DNA from: a virus
Direction: 5' to 3' (one strand)
IMG/VR virus record: IMGVR_UViG_3300030061_002247
Location: 1 to 64,000 of that record
DNA: 64,000 nt
Below are positions 20,348 through 30,347 of the stretch, one piece after another. Under the pieces are notes generated by a model. The model was not told the origin of the DNA. It saw nothing but the letters and a program-made list of their open reading frames with translations, and did not search any database. Each line of letters starts with the position of its first letter. Positions within the stretch are counted from its first letter, which is position 1. Made by a program: the position numbers and the translations under genes.

Positions 20348-21853
20348 TTATTCCACAGGTCTCCTACCAACGATATCATCTATCCTTAGTAGGGCAGTAG
20401 TGACTTCTGTCGCACTAAGCACAGCCTGCTTGATTAGTTTGGTAGGCTCGAACACACCAGCATCCTTCATGTTGGTAATACCACCATCAGTTACATTAGG
20501 ACCATAGTACAGGTTACCGCTCTGTATCTCGTGCCTCATTGCTAGCACCACATCCAATGGGTCGTGTCCTGCGTTCTCCGCTATGGTAGCAGGAATAATC
20601 TCTAGAGCGTCTGCAAAGGCTTCTATGGCCATCTGAGGCCTTCCACCCACACTAGCACCGTGATTCCTCAGATAAGAGGCCATAGCCACGAACGATGAGC
20701 CTCCCCCTGCAACCACCTTCCCGTCTTCCTTGACGAGACTGACTACACCTAGTGCGTCATCGAAACCTCTCTCTACCTCATCCAGAGTAGACTGGGTAGC
20801 CCCTCTCAGGACCAGAGTGGATTGGTCGCTCTCAACAATAGACTCCACGAATATGTACTGTACGTCATTGTGCTTCTGTCTAGATATCTTGACGAAGGCC
20901 GAGGCTTCTAGTTCCTCAGGGGTCTGTGCCACGCTGATGCCCAAGCATCCTCTCAGTGCCTTCATCACACTCTCAGGTACTCTTCTCACCACACCTATGC
21001 CGTTCTTTCTCAAATACGCACATACGTGGTCATGTACACCATCTCTGACGAATACTACACCCTTGCCTTCCATCTTCATCACGATGTGCTGTGCACGCTC
21101 AAGCAGGTTGTCCCTACCTGACTTCTGAAACTGCGAGTAGTCTGCTGCATTCAGTTGAACCTGTACGTTCTCCTTGCTCTTCTCCTCCTCAAGCCCTGTG
21201 TTGAGCAGAAGGATGTTGGTCTCGTCATCCAAGTCGTAGTCTAGAACGAAGTCCTTACTGACGATGACACCGTTGAACAGGTAGGATTCCTCGATGCTGC
21301 CACCGGGTAGGCTGACGACTCTAACCTTGTCCACATCACCAGCAGCCATGACTGCATCCACACAGAGAGTGCTTACGATATCAGTAGCAGCCTCTACGGT
21401 CTTACCAGTGATTGCTGTCTTGGCTATATCGTGTAGAACCTCATTGCCTGTGTTCAGTGACACCTCACTGTTCAGGTAGTCTATTGCCATTTGTGATGCC
21501 TCACGATATCCCCTGCATATCACATTGGGATGCAGTCCCTTCTCGAACAGCATCTCACTATTCGACAGTAGTTGACCTGCTAGCACCACGGTGCTGGTAG
21601 TACCGTCGTAGCAGATGGTCTCCTGTGTCTTTGATATCTCTATCATCATCTTACCACCGGGGTGTGCTACGTCTAACTCACGTAGAATGGTAGCACCATC
21701 GTTGGTCACTATCACGTTCCCAGCACCGTCTACCATCATCTTGTCCATACCCATTGGTCCTAGGGTAGTACGTACAGTCTCGACAATAGCCTTGGCTGCC
21801 CGTATATTCATCACTTGTGCGTTGTTTGTCTTATCATTATCGGTCATTTCCAA
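20348..21853 (-). CDS. ths: Group II chaperonin (thermosome subunit)
   Basis: TLGPMGMDKM, TNDGATILRE, YDGTTS (GDGTTT variant), LRGAT..LDEVERGFDDAL, AENAGHDP, LLRIDD. Confidence 0.95.
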   Translation of the reverse strand: MEMTDNDKTNNAQVMNIRAAKAIVETVRTTLGPMGMDKMMVDGAGNVIVTNDGATILRELDVAHPGGKMMIEISKTQETICYDGTTSTVVLAGQLLSNSEMLFEKGLHPNVICRGYREASQMAIDYLNSEVSLNTGNEVLHDIAKTAITGKTVEAATDIVSTLCVDAVMAAGDVDKVRVVSLPGGSIEESYLFNGVIVSKDFVLDYDLDDETNILLLNTGLEEEKSKENVQVQLNAADYSQFQKSGRDNLLERAQHIVMKMEGKGVVFVRDGVHDHVCAYLRKNGIGVVRRVPESVMKALRGCLGISVAQTPEELEASAFVKISRQKHNDVQYIFVESIVESDQSTLVLRGATQSTLDEVERGFDDALGVVSLVKEDGKVVAGGGSSFVAMASYLRNHGASVGGRPQMAIEAFADALEIIPATIAENAGHDPLDVVLAMRHEIQSGNLYYGPNVTDGGITNMKDAGVFEPTKLIKQAVLSATEVTTALLRIDDIVGRRPVE

Positions 21854-22461
21854 TTCACCTCTATCTCTATCTCTTTTCCTGTATCCAAGGAAAGTGACTT
21901 TACTACACCATACTCAGTGCCATACTTGTACAACTCGTATGTTAGTTGTGCATCTTTCAAGCAGTACTCCGCTACCTGATTGTAATTACCCAAAGCCCAT
22001 TGCTCAGGTGCATCTATACTCTGCATTATCTTACCCTCTTTCAGAGTACATTTTGAAAGTACATCTAATGATGTGACTATTCTATCTGATAATATCTTAG
22101 ATGCTTTTGAAACTAGGTTCTTGGTATCTATTATTGTATCTGAACTCTTGGCCATAACATCACCAGCAGCCCAGCAGTCTAGCGAATCTCTAATTACAGG
22201 TAGGTCGAAACCAATTATGTTGTGACCTAGTACTTTACCACCTTTCTCTATATGTTCCGATATATGATTACCTATATCTGATGCATGTAATGGGAGTACA
22301 TTCACGTTTTCTAATTGTATATTTTTATTACTAAACAAAGTACCTTGAGTACCATCCCAAGTTGCAATCACACTTGTCTTGAATAGGTTCTTGTTGTCCC
22401 ATCCACCAATGTCCCAAGAGTAGTTCTCGGTTTCTATATCTAGAGAAAGTATGTCACTCAT
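21844..22461 (-). CDS. DEDDy/RNase H-like 3'-5' exonuclease
   Basis: ExoI LDIET, ExoII GHNIIGFDL, ExoIII YCLKD. Confidence 0.85.
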   Translation of the reverse strand: MSDILSLDIETENYSWDIGGWDNKNLFKTSVIATWDGTQGTLFSNKNIQLENVNVLPLHASDIGNHISEHIEKGGKVLGHNIIGFDLPVIRDSLDCWAAGDVMAKSSDTIIDTKNLVSKASKILSDRIVTSLDVLSKCTLKEGKIMQSIDAPEQWALGNYNQVAEYCLKDAQLTYELYKYGTEYGVVKSLSLDTGKEIEIEVNWK

Positions 22462-23854
22462 CGTTTGCGCCCTCTTTCATTCGGAGATACACTACCTTGT
22501 TCTCCTTTACGGTGTCGAACATGTCTTTGGCATACTTACCAAAGTGATTCCAACCAGTGCCTCTGGTGACCGAGTTGAGTTTCATGTAAGTCTGTATCAC
22601 GTTGTTCTTCCTGTGCCATCCTGCTCCTCTGGAGTCATCGAAGTCTACAGCATCTGTGTTCTGATACGCTATAGCGAATCTCTTCTTGTATTCTGATACC
22701 TCTGTCTTCTTGTAACCGACCTCGACCTCATCCTCTAGCCATAGAATCAGATTCTTCGTTAAGTCGTATAGGATGTCCTTAGCCATGTCAACATGCTCAC
22801 CCGTAACTTCCCATGATTCATCTAGCATTGCCATGTGTGTCGCAAAGATGACTGTGTAGTTCTCAACAGCAGGCATGAATGAAGCCACCACGTCACCGAT
22901 ACCCGGTCCTAGACCGTCTAGTAGAGAGTAGTAGTCCTCTATGGAGTCATACGCAGCAGCGTAGAAGTCATCTCCTGCTGTGAACATCTGATGCATGTGA
23001 GACTGTAGCAGTTCCTCTTGGTCGTACCTGTTCATGGTATCCCAGTCTGAGAAAGATGTCTCACTGATGTTGAGTAGTCTGTCTCTCACTCTCTTGGTCA
23101 GCCCCTTGAAGTAGTCCACTATGTCATCGTGCTCGACAGACAACTTGGGTATCTTCTTGAATGCCATTTCCATCCTTTTCATACTCACGCCCATCCTCTT
23201 GTCGGTATCCCAGTCTGCCCAGTACAGCAGAACCCTCTGGAAGATACCCTTGGTCAGAACGTACTCCTTGACACCCTTCGGTGGGAAGGTGGTAATCCAC
23301 ATAGACACCAGAGACTCGGTTTCTATCCTGCCTGCCTTGGTGTGTTTCACGAGTATGTTGTTGTTGCTGCCTACGGGGTTGCAGGCAGACTGTAGATACA
23401 ACACGGTCTCCTGACTGTGCTTGTTGGGGTTGAGAATGATTGAACCCTCATCGAAGTTGAGTGCTTTACGCCCATCTAACAGTCCCTCTTTGAGATGCTT
23501 TACAGTTTCACCGTCAACAATCTCCTCTTCCCAACCACCTATGAGTGCAGCGTCAGTCCCTGTGGTGTACATCTCAGTAGGTATCTCTGCCTCTCTACAG
23601 ATGTCACCTATGAACTCCCAAGACACAGACTTCCCAGACCTGCTTGGTTGAATCCAGAACACGTGCACACGTGGGTCTAGGTGTGACGAACCCCAAGGTA
23701 TCCTCACGAACGGTACAGCAACCTGCCCTTGTAGAAAGAAGAAGGAAAGCATTCCGGGTATATCGTTCTCCATTGATGTCTGCCTGAAGTGTTCCAAGTA
23801 CCCCTTGAACAGAGGGAACTTCTGCACTGCCTGATACTCTGAGTAGTGACGCAT
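22454..23854 (-). CDS. Divergent MCM-like AAA+ ATPase, putative replicative helicase
   Basis: HVFWIQPSRSGKS (Walker A), TDAALIGG, GLL, LNFDEG (Walker B), FQRVLL; possible C-terminal winged helix; replication cluster context. Confidence 0.65.
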   Translation of the reverse strand: MRHYSEYQAVQKFPLFKGYLEHFRQTSMENDIPGMLSFFFLQGQVAVPFVRIPWGSSHLDPRVHVFWIQPSRSGKSVSWEFIGDICREAEIPTEMYTTGTDAALIGGWEEEIVDGETVKHLKEGLLDGRKALNFDEGSIILNPNKHSQETVLYLQSACNPVGSNNNILVKHTKAGRIETESLVSMWITTFPPKGVKEYVLTKGIFQRVLLYWADWDTDKRMGVSMKRMEMAFKKIPKLSVEHDDIVDYFKGLTKRVRDRLLNISETSFSDWDTMNRYDQEELLQSHMHQMFTAGDDFYAAAYDSIEDYYSLLDGLGPGIGDVVASFMPAVENYTVIFATHMAMLDESWEVTGEHVDMAKDILYDLTKNLILWLEDEVEVGYKKTEVSEYKKRFAIAYQNTDAVDFDDSRGAGWHRKNNVIQTYMKLNSVTRGTGWNHFGKYAKDMFDTVKENKVVYLRMKEGANDE

Positions 23855-23915
23855 GAGTGACCCCAGATGGGGTCAGTACTTAATACATACTATGTATATA
23901 CAAGACAGTCGTACA

Positions 23916-24620
23916 TTAGACACGTCTTTTCACCTTTCTCTCTACTACCATCTTCTCCTCGGATGTCAGAGCCTGCACTATTCTACCACGCAGTACATCA
24001 CCTAGACCCTTTATTTTCTTCAGAGATTCAGGGAAGCACATCTCCTCTATGCTTCCGCACTGCTCTAGAATCCTGTCAGCCATGTCCTTGCCTATACCGG
24101 GTATTGCCAATAGCATGTCGGCTCTGATGTCGTTTGATGCCACTCTTCTTATTGTCCTAGCACCATGACTGGATGCTGGTTTGTGCAACTTATTGTGGAG
24201 TTTGGTGATGAAAAGAGCAGCCTCACTTACGTTGGGTGTGTAGAACACCTGACAATCAAAGTCACTCATGATGCGTGCTATAGTACCAGTCAACTCATTC
24301 TGTATTCTAGTGTATGTGACCTTCTTACCAGTCTTCTTGGCTATAGCCACGTACTTGTCTATCCCACCGTGTATCACTAGGAAGAATCGTGGGTAGTTGA
24401 TGTCCATGTTTTCCAGTTGTCTCCATAGATGACCACTGTGACTAGATAGGAAGAGGTCATTGATACTCTTGGCCTCAACACAAGCCTCACCTAGTAGATA
24501 GTCTCCCACCACTAGCGGTTTTCTTATCACAGACAAACCAGCCTTCTCAGCCTTGCGTAGCACTGAATCGCACAACACTCCACGTTCGTTGCTGTCCACA
24601 ATCATAGCAGGTCTTCTCAT
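23916..24620 (-). CDS. xpf: ERCC4/XPF structure-specific endonuclease with HhH motifs
   Basis: IVDSNE, VGDYL..CVEAKSINDL (ERKxxxD variant), IPGIG and IKGLG HhH motifs. Confidence 0.9.
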   Translation of the reverse strand: MRRPAMIVDSNERGVLCDSVLRKAEKAGLSVIRKPLVVGDYLLGEACVEAKSINDLFLSSHSGHLWRQLENMDINYPRFFLVIHGGIDKYVAIAKKTGKKVTYTRIQNELTGTIARIMSDFDCQVFYTPNVSEAALFITKLHNKLHKPASSHGARTIRRVASNDIRADMLLAIPGIGKDMADRILEQCGSIEEMCFPESLKKIKGLGDVLRGRIVQALTSEEKMVVERKVKRRV

Positions 24621-24835
24621 TCTCTTTCCCTCCTAGCATGTATCTTACACAGTTTCTTAGATGTACCTGTTATTCTGAAACAACACCGAGTGCCTGTCTT
24701 TGTGATAGCATGACACCTATACTCATTTGGTGGATGTGTGAAACAATGCTGACACAGGTTGGTGAAGGTTTTTCTATTACCATTCCTACTAGGTAGTTTC
24801 TTCTCACACTCCTTACATATTCTTTTGGTATTCAT
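24617..24835 (-). CDS. Small zinc-finger protein
   Basis: CKEC, CQHC and CHAITKTGTRC...LCKIH motifs. Confidence 0.6.
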   Translation of the reverse strand: MNTKRICKECEKKLPSRNGNRKTFTNLCQHCFTHPPNEYRCHAITKTGTRCCFRITGTSKKLCKIHARRERE

Positions 24836-25942
24836 TCAATCATCCTCCGCTGTCCCATCATAGTATCTACATCTTCCAGTGCAGATACCGTCGTGTATTA
24901 ACGTGCGACAGGTGGCTGGAATATATCCGTTGTTACCTCCACTGCCTATCACTATACTCTTTACTTGATGTCTAGTGACTGATGGATTGAAGTCAACCCA
25001 TTCTTGAGCCTCTATGATATTAACAATCTGATTGATGTGAGTTTGCTTCTCCTCCAATGAGGGATACTCAGGTGGGAAGAACCATCTCAGTCTACCCGCT
25101 AGATATGATGCGAAGTGAACCCTAGCCTTGTGTGTGGGGTTACCACCACCCATCGCTGATTGTGCTAGGCATGGTAGGATAATCATATTGTCAATTGCTA
25201 GTTCCGGTAGGTCGATGTTCTTGTACTCCTTCCCCTTGAACTTCTTGCCTCTCTTTCTGATTTGCAGTTTGATAGTATCAGTGCCATGCTTGATGAAGCC
25301 AGAGCGTGACTCCTGTGACATCTCTATGAGGTCATCATGGTTGCAAGTCATCACCTCATGAGATGTGAGTGGTATTGTCCAGCAGCCTCTTCTACTGTTG
25401 TAGGAGTTAGGTATCCTAATCATACCAGCAGTATCGAAGGCGACAGTAGGGTCGTTGCAGTACAGGTCTAACTTCTTGTGCCAGTCAGAGAGGAGGACTC
25501 TCCCTGCTTCCTTGACCATGGCCACGTCGTACCCTGTGGAGGGTGTGTGGGTTTTGCTAAGTGGTATCCAGAAATGAAAACCACCACCACTAAACCAAAT
25601 ATAGTGGATTTTGTTGCTGCTTTTTAAATAAGTGTGGAGGTCACGCACTTGCTTTTGCATCTCATCAAACGGTACATCCTCTCCTTTCTTCCTGAAGTTC
25701 TTGCAATCAAAGTCACATACGAAGTGTCTGATGATTGGTGTGTTGTAATCAACTCTGTGGTTTCGAGGTGGGGTCAGGCTTCTGTATCCATACGCAGTGA
25801 AGTATACATTACCACTCCCGTTCTTTCCTCTCCAATAACTCTCAAGTTCATCGGAGTTCTTCACGAGTCTCCTGAAACCCTTGTTTCCATCAGAGTTCAA
25901 TTCAAGAACTTCTCTTGGGAAGTCCAGTGTGATGAAACTCAT
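24836..25942 (-). CDS. priS: Archaeo-eukaryotic primase, PriS catalytic domain fused to PriL-like Fe-S C-terminal domain
   Basis: CDFD (motif I), FSGGGFHFW (motif II), IRIPNS; C-terminal LPCL...THKAR...ATCRTL..GICTGRC cysteine cluster. Confidence 0.88.
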   Translation of the reverse strand: MSFITLDFPREVLELNSDGNKGFRRLVKNSDELESYWRGKNGSGNVYFTAYGYRSLTPPRNHRVDYNTPIIRHFVCDFDCKNFRKKGEDVPFDEMQKQVRDLHTYLKSSNKIHYIWFSGGGFHFWIPLSKTHTPSTGYDVAMVKEAGRVLLSDWHKKLDLYCNDPTVAFDTAGMIRIPNSYNSRRGCWTIPLTSHEVMTCNHDDLIEMSQESRSGFIKHGTDTIKLQIRKRGKKFKGKEYKNIDLPELAIDNMIILPCLAQSAMGGGNPTHKARVHFASYLAGRLRWFFPPEYPSLEEKQTHINQIVNIIEAQEWVDFNPSVTRHQVKSIVIGSGGNNGYIPATCRTLIHDGICTGRCRYYDGTAEDD

Positions 25943-25943
25943 C

Positions 25944-26297
25944 CTAATCCTTCTGCCTTAGGTGTTCCATCTTCACTTCAATATCATCAATCAAATGTCC
26001 AACAATCCTCCCAATGTCGGGATTGTTCAGTAGGGTTCTATTGATTGCTATATCTAGATAATCATACTTCTCATCTTCAGGGGGTTGAATCCCTATGTCA
26101 CCATACTCATGTAGTGTAGTCTGTCTGCTTAATGATATAGTATAATTATCTCTACCTATCATTTTCACATTCACATTCACATTCACGTATGGTACTAATC
26201 TAGATATTACCCCTGTCAAGACTTTCTCTAGCATTCTCTGGCAGTTTCTCCTCTCTTCGTTATCTTCTCTGTTCATTCTAACTCCTCCAATGTCCAC
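25944..26297 (-). CDS. Hypothetical protein
   Basis: ORF in the coupled operon; probable start at MNRED. Confidence 0.5.
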   Translation of the reverse strand: MDIGGVRMNREDNEERRNCQRMLEKVLTGVISRLVPYVNVNVNVKMIGRDNYTISLSRQTTLHEYGDIGIQPPEDEKYDYLDIAINRTLLNNPDIGRIVGHLIDDIEVKMEHLRQKD

Positions 26298-27250
26298 GCA
26301 GGGCAGATATCAAGAAAATCGCACCAAGAGCACTTAAACTCGTTTCTGCTTGCGGGGAATGACTTATCCAAGTGGGCCTTGACTAACTTCTTCAGCCTTC
26401 GCTCCACTACTGCTGGGGTATTTCTGGCACTTCTGTCATTGACAGACTGGTAATCCCAGTGCTTACCATCGCCTTGATTGATGTCTCCTCCGGGGAACTC
26501 CCATCCCCAATGTGTGATGGGGAGGAACTCACCATGTGGGCTGTTCTCTAGCATCATCTTGTAGAACTGCATCTCTGCTCTCATGTCAGATGACTTCCTA
26601 GTCTTCCACTTGCCGGTCTTCAACTCCATCAGAGCGAAACCCCCTTCTCCATCCTCGAATATCCTGTCGATGAAACCACGCATGTGTATAGGAATACTCA
26701 CGGTTTCCCCATCATCTGTCTTTACTTCCACGACTCTTGACCCATGTACCTCTGCCTCATTACCAGCAGGAAACCAATTCTCTCCGTCACAGGCTAGCAG
26801 TCTATTGAATTGCCAATCGACCCAAGCGATAATCTGCTCAGGCTCACCATACTGATACGGTTCAGGCGGTGTAGGTATGACAGAGTGCATCAAGTCCCTA
26901 GCCTTCTCTGTCTCTCCCTTACCTAAGAGTTCCATGACATCATCATAGTATTCGTACATCTTCTCAAAGAAGTACTCGGTGAAGTCGTGTACGTTGTTTC
27001 CTCTAACGTGATGGTCCTTCTCTTCCGTGGGTAGTTTCATTATGTTCTGGAACTCATACTGCTTTGCACAGAAACCGAACGTACCTAGACTGCTCTTAGT
27101 CACTCTAAGTATTTGCTCCACACCATCAACCACCATACCGGGTTGCCAAGCATATGTACTCTTACTGTATGACTCAAGTAGGTCTTCAAAGGGATAGTCG
27201 TCCCTCTCAGTCCTGTCTACCTTTATGTCCTCATTGGGATTGTACCTCAT
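26273..27250 (-). CDS. PD-(D/E)XK Cas4/AddB-like exonuclease
   Basis: N-terminal C (FCAKQY), GNNVH, RGFIDRI, MELKTG, QFY, C-terminal CSWCDFLDIC (4-Cys Fe-S staple). Start reassigned to MRYNP at 27250. Confidence 0.88.
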   Translation of the reverse strand: MRYNPNEDIKVDRTERDDYPFEDLLESYSKSTYAWQPGMVVDGVEQILRVTKSSLGTFGFCAKQYEFQNIMKLPTEEKDHHVRGNNVHDFTEYFFEKMYEYYDDVMELLGKGETEKARDLMHSVIPTPPEPYQYGEPEQIIAWVDWQFNRLLACDGENWFPAGNEAEVHGSRVVEVKTDDGETVSIPIHMRGFIDRIFEDGEGGFALMELKTGKWKTRKSSDMRAEMQFYKMMLENSPHGEFLPITHWGWEFPGGDINQGDGKHWDYQSVNDRSARNTPAVVERRLKKLVKAHLDKSFPASRNEFKCSWCDFLDICPAWTLEELE

Positions 27251-27372
27251 TCTCCACACCCCTCGCATCTAAATTGTGAGAATGGTCTTTGACAGTTGGG
27301 ACACATAGGTGTACCTTTCACCATGTGTGTGCTAGTGAGTCCCTGCCACCCGCAGTTGCATTTCGATATCAT
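27247..27372 (-). CDS. Cys-rich zinc-binding microprotein (41 aa, not in ORF track)
   Basis: MISKCNCGW...MCPNCQ...CEGCGE; ATGA-coupled to the Cas4-like gene. Confidence 0.5.
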   Translation of the reverse strand: MISKCNCGWQGLTSTHMVKGTPMCPNCQRPFSQFRCEGCGE

Positions 27373-27500
27373 CATATCCACCCGAATAGTTTCGCTAACA
27401 CTAGCACTGAGAGTACGGTGTTCAAAGTAGCCGCTATCGTTCGATAGAGAGCCAACTCACCAAAGTGTTTCTGACTCCATTTCTCTACTTCATCACTCAT
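27372..27500 (-). CDS. Small membrane protein (42 aa, not in ORF track)
   Basis: MSDEVEKWSQKHFGELALYRTIAATLNTVLSVLVLAKLFGWI; abuts both neighbours. Confidence 0.5.
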   Translation of the reverse strand: MSDEVEKWSQKHFGELALYRTIAATLNTVLSVLVLAKLFGWI

Positions 27501-27838
27501 CACTCTTCCTCCTGTGAAATATACTCAACTGATGCATTACATGAAGAACAATGCAAATGTGTCACTATACCTTCTTCATCCATCAGGTCTTCTTTATCAT
27601 AGTCTGCCTGCCAGATTAGTTTACCACCGCACCACCAACAGACATCTCTTCTAGGATACTGGTTTCTCTCTATGATTTTTTGTAAGTAGACACTCAAATC
27701 CATGGCCTCTTCCTGTGCGTGAGTCAACCACTCCAACGTGGTGAGAGGAGCGGTCTCCATAGTCACCCCATACTTCTCCTTGCCTACCGCTGCTCTTCCT
27801 TGTATCTTCTCGCAAACCTCATCTTCTATTCTACTCAT
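27500..27838 (-). CDS. All-alpha NTP pyrophosphohydrolase-like (MazG-type) domain plus Zn ribbon
   Basis: RAAVGKEKYG...WLTHAQEEAMDLSVY (EExxD), then CWWC...CSSC. Confidence 0.5.
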   Translation of the reverse strand: MSRIEDEVCEKIQGRAAVGKEKYGVTMETAPLTTLEWLTHAQEEAMDLSVYLQKIIERNQYPRRDVCWWCGGKLIWQADYDKEDLMDEEGIVTHLHCSSCNASVEYISQEEE

Positions 27839-27966
27839 TTGTATTTCATCTCCCTTATTTCTTTTTGATACCATTTCTTTGCACAGTAGTCACAGAGTCC
27901 AAGTGTCTTGCCAAATGTACCCTCCATCTTTTCACCACACTTTGAACAATACTCATACTCAGCCAT
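27835..27966 (-). CDS. Zn-ribbon microprotein (43 aa, not in ORF track)
   Basis: MAEYEYCSKCGEK...LCDYCAKK; fills the gap between polB and the next gene with overlaps. Confidence 0.5.
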   Translation of the reverse strand: MAEYEYCSKCGEKMEGTFGKTLGLCDYCAKKWYQKEIREMKYK

Positions 27967-30347
27967 CACCACTCCTCCGGTAGACTACCTGATAGAGAGT
28001 CCAACTTCCATTCCATAGTGCTGTACACTGACTCTAGTTTCTTGTGTATCATCTTCTCTGTGATTGTCTCGTAGTCGATGTCAAACTCATCTATCTCGGA
28101 TGGGTCTCTGAAAGCAACTACCTCTGCCCACATTGACTTCCTCTTACTGAACTCAATTTGGTTAGGCATTGATTCAGGAGTTCTGGATATGTATACCCAC
28201 TGTGCTCCGTCTCCGGGTTTGAATGGTTCATCAGGCTGCATGTTATCATTGTAGTACTTCGCCGCTCTAACAGCCATTGGTACTACTGTTGTGTATTGAT
28301 GGAACGGTTTCTTGACTCTACCGAAGGTAGCCACATCCTCTATGTTCACAGTACCATCCTTAAGAGAATTGACTATCGGTCTGATTGCTGCGTTTACCTC
28401 ATCCTCAGAAGCACCTGTCCCTATTAGATTGAACGCTATGTCTTGCACCTTTTTGGTGATAGGAGCAGCGTTGGCTGCCTTCAACTCGAAACCTGTGACC
28501 TTCATCTTACCTTTCTCAGACTCAGGCCAAGTCTTGATACCGAAGTATCTGTTCTTGGTCTTGGTGCTAATCCAATAGTCGAAGTAAGCCTCCAACTCAA
28601 CATCAAGATAAGGCATGTCCAACTTCTCCTGAGCAGATTTGGTTAGGTGCTTTGCTAGTGCCTCGGCTTCATCGAACGGCACTTGTATGAATGCAGAGTC
28701 AGTGTGTCCGTACAGGGCAATGTGTCCCTGCTCCTCACTCTCTGACATTAGGAACTTGATACTCTCCCTACCTCTGTAGGTGATGGTCTTTCCAATGTCT
28801 AGGTCAGACCACATGCCCCCTATCTTTCGCATGGAAACCATACCGTAGAGAGCGTTGACTGCAACCTTGGTAGCAGTCTGTAACATGTCATATCCCAGTT
28901 TCTCATCCGGGTCAGTCGCTTCGTACATCTTCTTCTTGTACTCCTTTCTCAGAGCCAGCATCTCGACAACGACGCTAGGCAGAAGGCCTTGTTTGGTTTG
29001 CTCCCAGTGTGTTCCATTACCCACTGATTTAATCCCCTCACCACCATGTCTCCTCTTGGTCTCCCATGATAGGTTATCACTGAGTATGATGTTAGGATAG
29101 AGTGACGCATAGTCTACGAGAGCAACACCCTCGTGTCTCCCATACTTGGGGTCTGGAATGAAAGCAGCCTGTAGTTCCTCTCTTGAGTTGGCCCTACCTG
29201 ATGGTGCTTTCTTGTCTGTCCTTCGTGCAATCAATCCCCTGAAGTATCTAGTCACCTTGTTGGTGCTTGGGAAAGCCACGCCACACAACTGCTGCATGGC
29301 TAGGTGGAAGTCGATTGCGTGTAGTTTCTCATCAACGTCTCTGAGTAGAGTGGTGTCCACCAGACAGTAGTCAACGAACTCATCGAAGTACTCTCTCCAA
29401 CCATTGTGCACAGTCATTCCCTCTATCCTGTTAGTGAGTTTCTCACCCAGTTCCAGTCTCTGTGCTACCCAGTCTAGTTTCCTGCTAGACATCTGTCCTC
29501 TACCTGACTTCTGCCAGATGGACTCAAAACCACTACCAGTCATACCACGAGCCGCACTGTCGTATACCAGACGACCCCTCAGTGGTTGTGCAGTGTCATC
29601 ATAGAAACCCTGACCACCCTCTCTCAAGGGAGTCATGTAATGCAGAGGGCTTAGTCTGTTCATATCCTCTAGCCTTCTGACCAAGTGTGGAAGGTCAGCC
29701 CAATTACCAGCGTGTGCTACCAGTATGTCTGGGTTGCAGGCATCTAAGTACTGGAGGAAGCCCTCGTGCATGGCTGCCTCGCTCCCATACAGATGCAACA
29801 CATAACCACCATGTCTGTCTATCCAATCAGTGGAGAAGTATTGCACTCCCTCCTTCCATGCGAATACCACAGGATGGTCTTCAAAGGTATCAACCACAGC
29901 CATGACTGTGGTGAAGTCTTCTTGGACATCCCACTCCAAGTCATAGTACCATATGCGTGGTATGAACTCAGGTATACCGTCTGGGTATCTGTTGATGATG
30001 TACTGGTCTCTGTAGTCTAGGTCAGCCTCATAGGTATCTATCCTATCCTTGATGTTCCATAGGTTATCCGGTGAAGTGGTTGTCATCTTGATGAGTGGCA
30101 CACCGTCAATACCCTCAGCCTCTTCATCGAAGTGGAACTCAGTGCCTTGGAAGTCTGCACATACCCTTGACTGCAATCTCGGATTGATGTCTTTCCTGAC
30201 CCAGCAGAACGGTTTGATGTAATCATCATCCTCAGATGTAATTATCCTCTCTTTCAATACACCATCCGCACCTCTAGTGCGTTCGTATATGTGAGGCAAC
30301 TCGGTCCTGTCGAAGTCAGGATGAAACCAATCCACTATCATGCTCAT
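27966..30347 (-). CDS. polB: Family B DNA polymerase with 3'-5' exonuclease
   Basis: YYDLEW, HAGNWAD and YCLVD exonuclease motifs; DYASLYPNI, KVAVNALYG, YGHTDS, KNRY. Start reassigned to the ATGA overlap at 30347. Confidence 0.97.
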   Translation of the reverse strand: MSMIVDWFHPDFDRTELPHIYERTRGADGVLKERIITSEDDDYIKPFCWVRKDINPRLQSRVCADFQGTEFHFDEEAEGIDGVPLIKMTTTSPDNLWNIKDRIDTYEADLDYRDQYIINRYPDGIPEFIPRIWYYDLEWDVQEDFTTVMAVVDTFEDHPVVFAWKEGVQYFSTDWIDRHGGYVLHLYGSEAAMHEGFLQYLDACNPDILVAHAGNWADLPHLVRRLEDMNRLSPLHYMTPLREGGQGFYDDTAQPLRGRLVYDSAARGMTGSGFESIWQKSGRGQMSSRKLDWVAQRLELGEKLTNRIEGMTVHNGWREYFDEFVDYCLVDTTLLRDVDEKLHAIDFHLAMQQLCGVAFPSTNKVTRYFRGLIARRTDKKAPSGRANSREELQAAFIPDPKYGRHEGVALVDYASLYPNIILSDNLSWETKRRHGGEGIKSVGNGTHWEQTKQGLLPSVVVEMLALRKEYKKKMYEATDPDEKLGYDMLQTATKVAVNALYGMVSMRKIGGMWSDLDIGKTITYRGRESIKFLMSESEEQGHIALYGHTDSAFIQVPFDEAEALAKHLTKSAQEKLDMPYLDVELEAYFDYWISTKTKNRYFGIKTWPESEKGKMKVTGFELKAANAAPITKKVQDIAFNLIGTGASEDEVNAAIRPIVNSLKDGTVNIEDVATFGRVKKPFHQYTTVVPMAVRAAKYYNDNMQPDEPFKPGDGAQWVYISRTPESMPNQIEFSKRKSMWAEVVAFRDPSEIDEFDIDYETITEKMIHKKLESVYSTMEWKLDSLSGSLPEEW

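Noticed and set aside
26273-27250. Cas4-like gene as evidence of a CRISPR-Cas system
   Set aside because: No cas1/cas2 or repeat-spacer array was seen; stand-alone Cas4-like nucleases are common in archaeal viral replication modules.
27966-30347. Intein or intron in polB, RFC or the MCM-like gene
   Set aside because: Protein lengths are normal and no intein splice motifs interrupt the conserved blocks.
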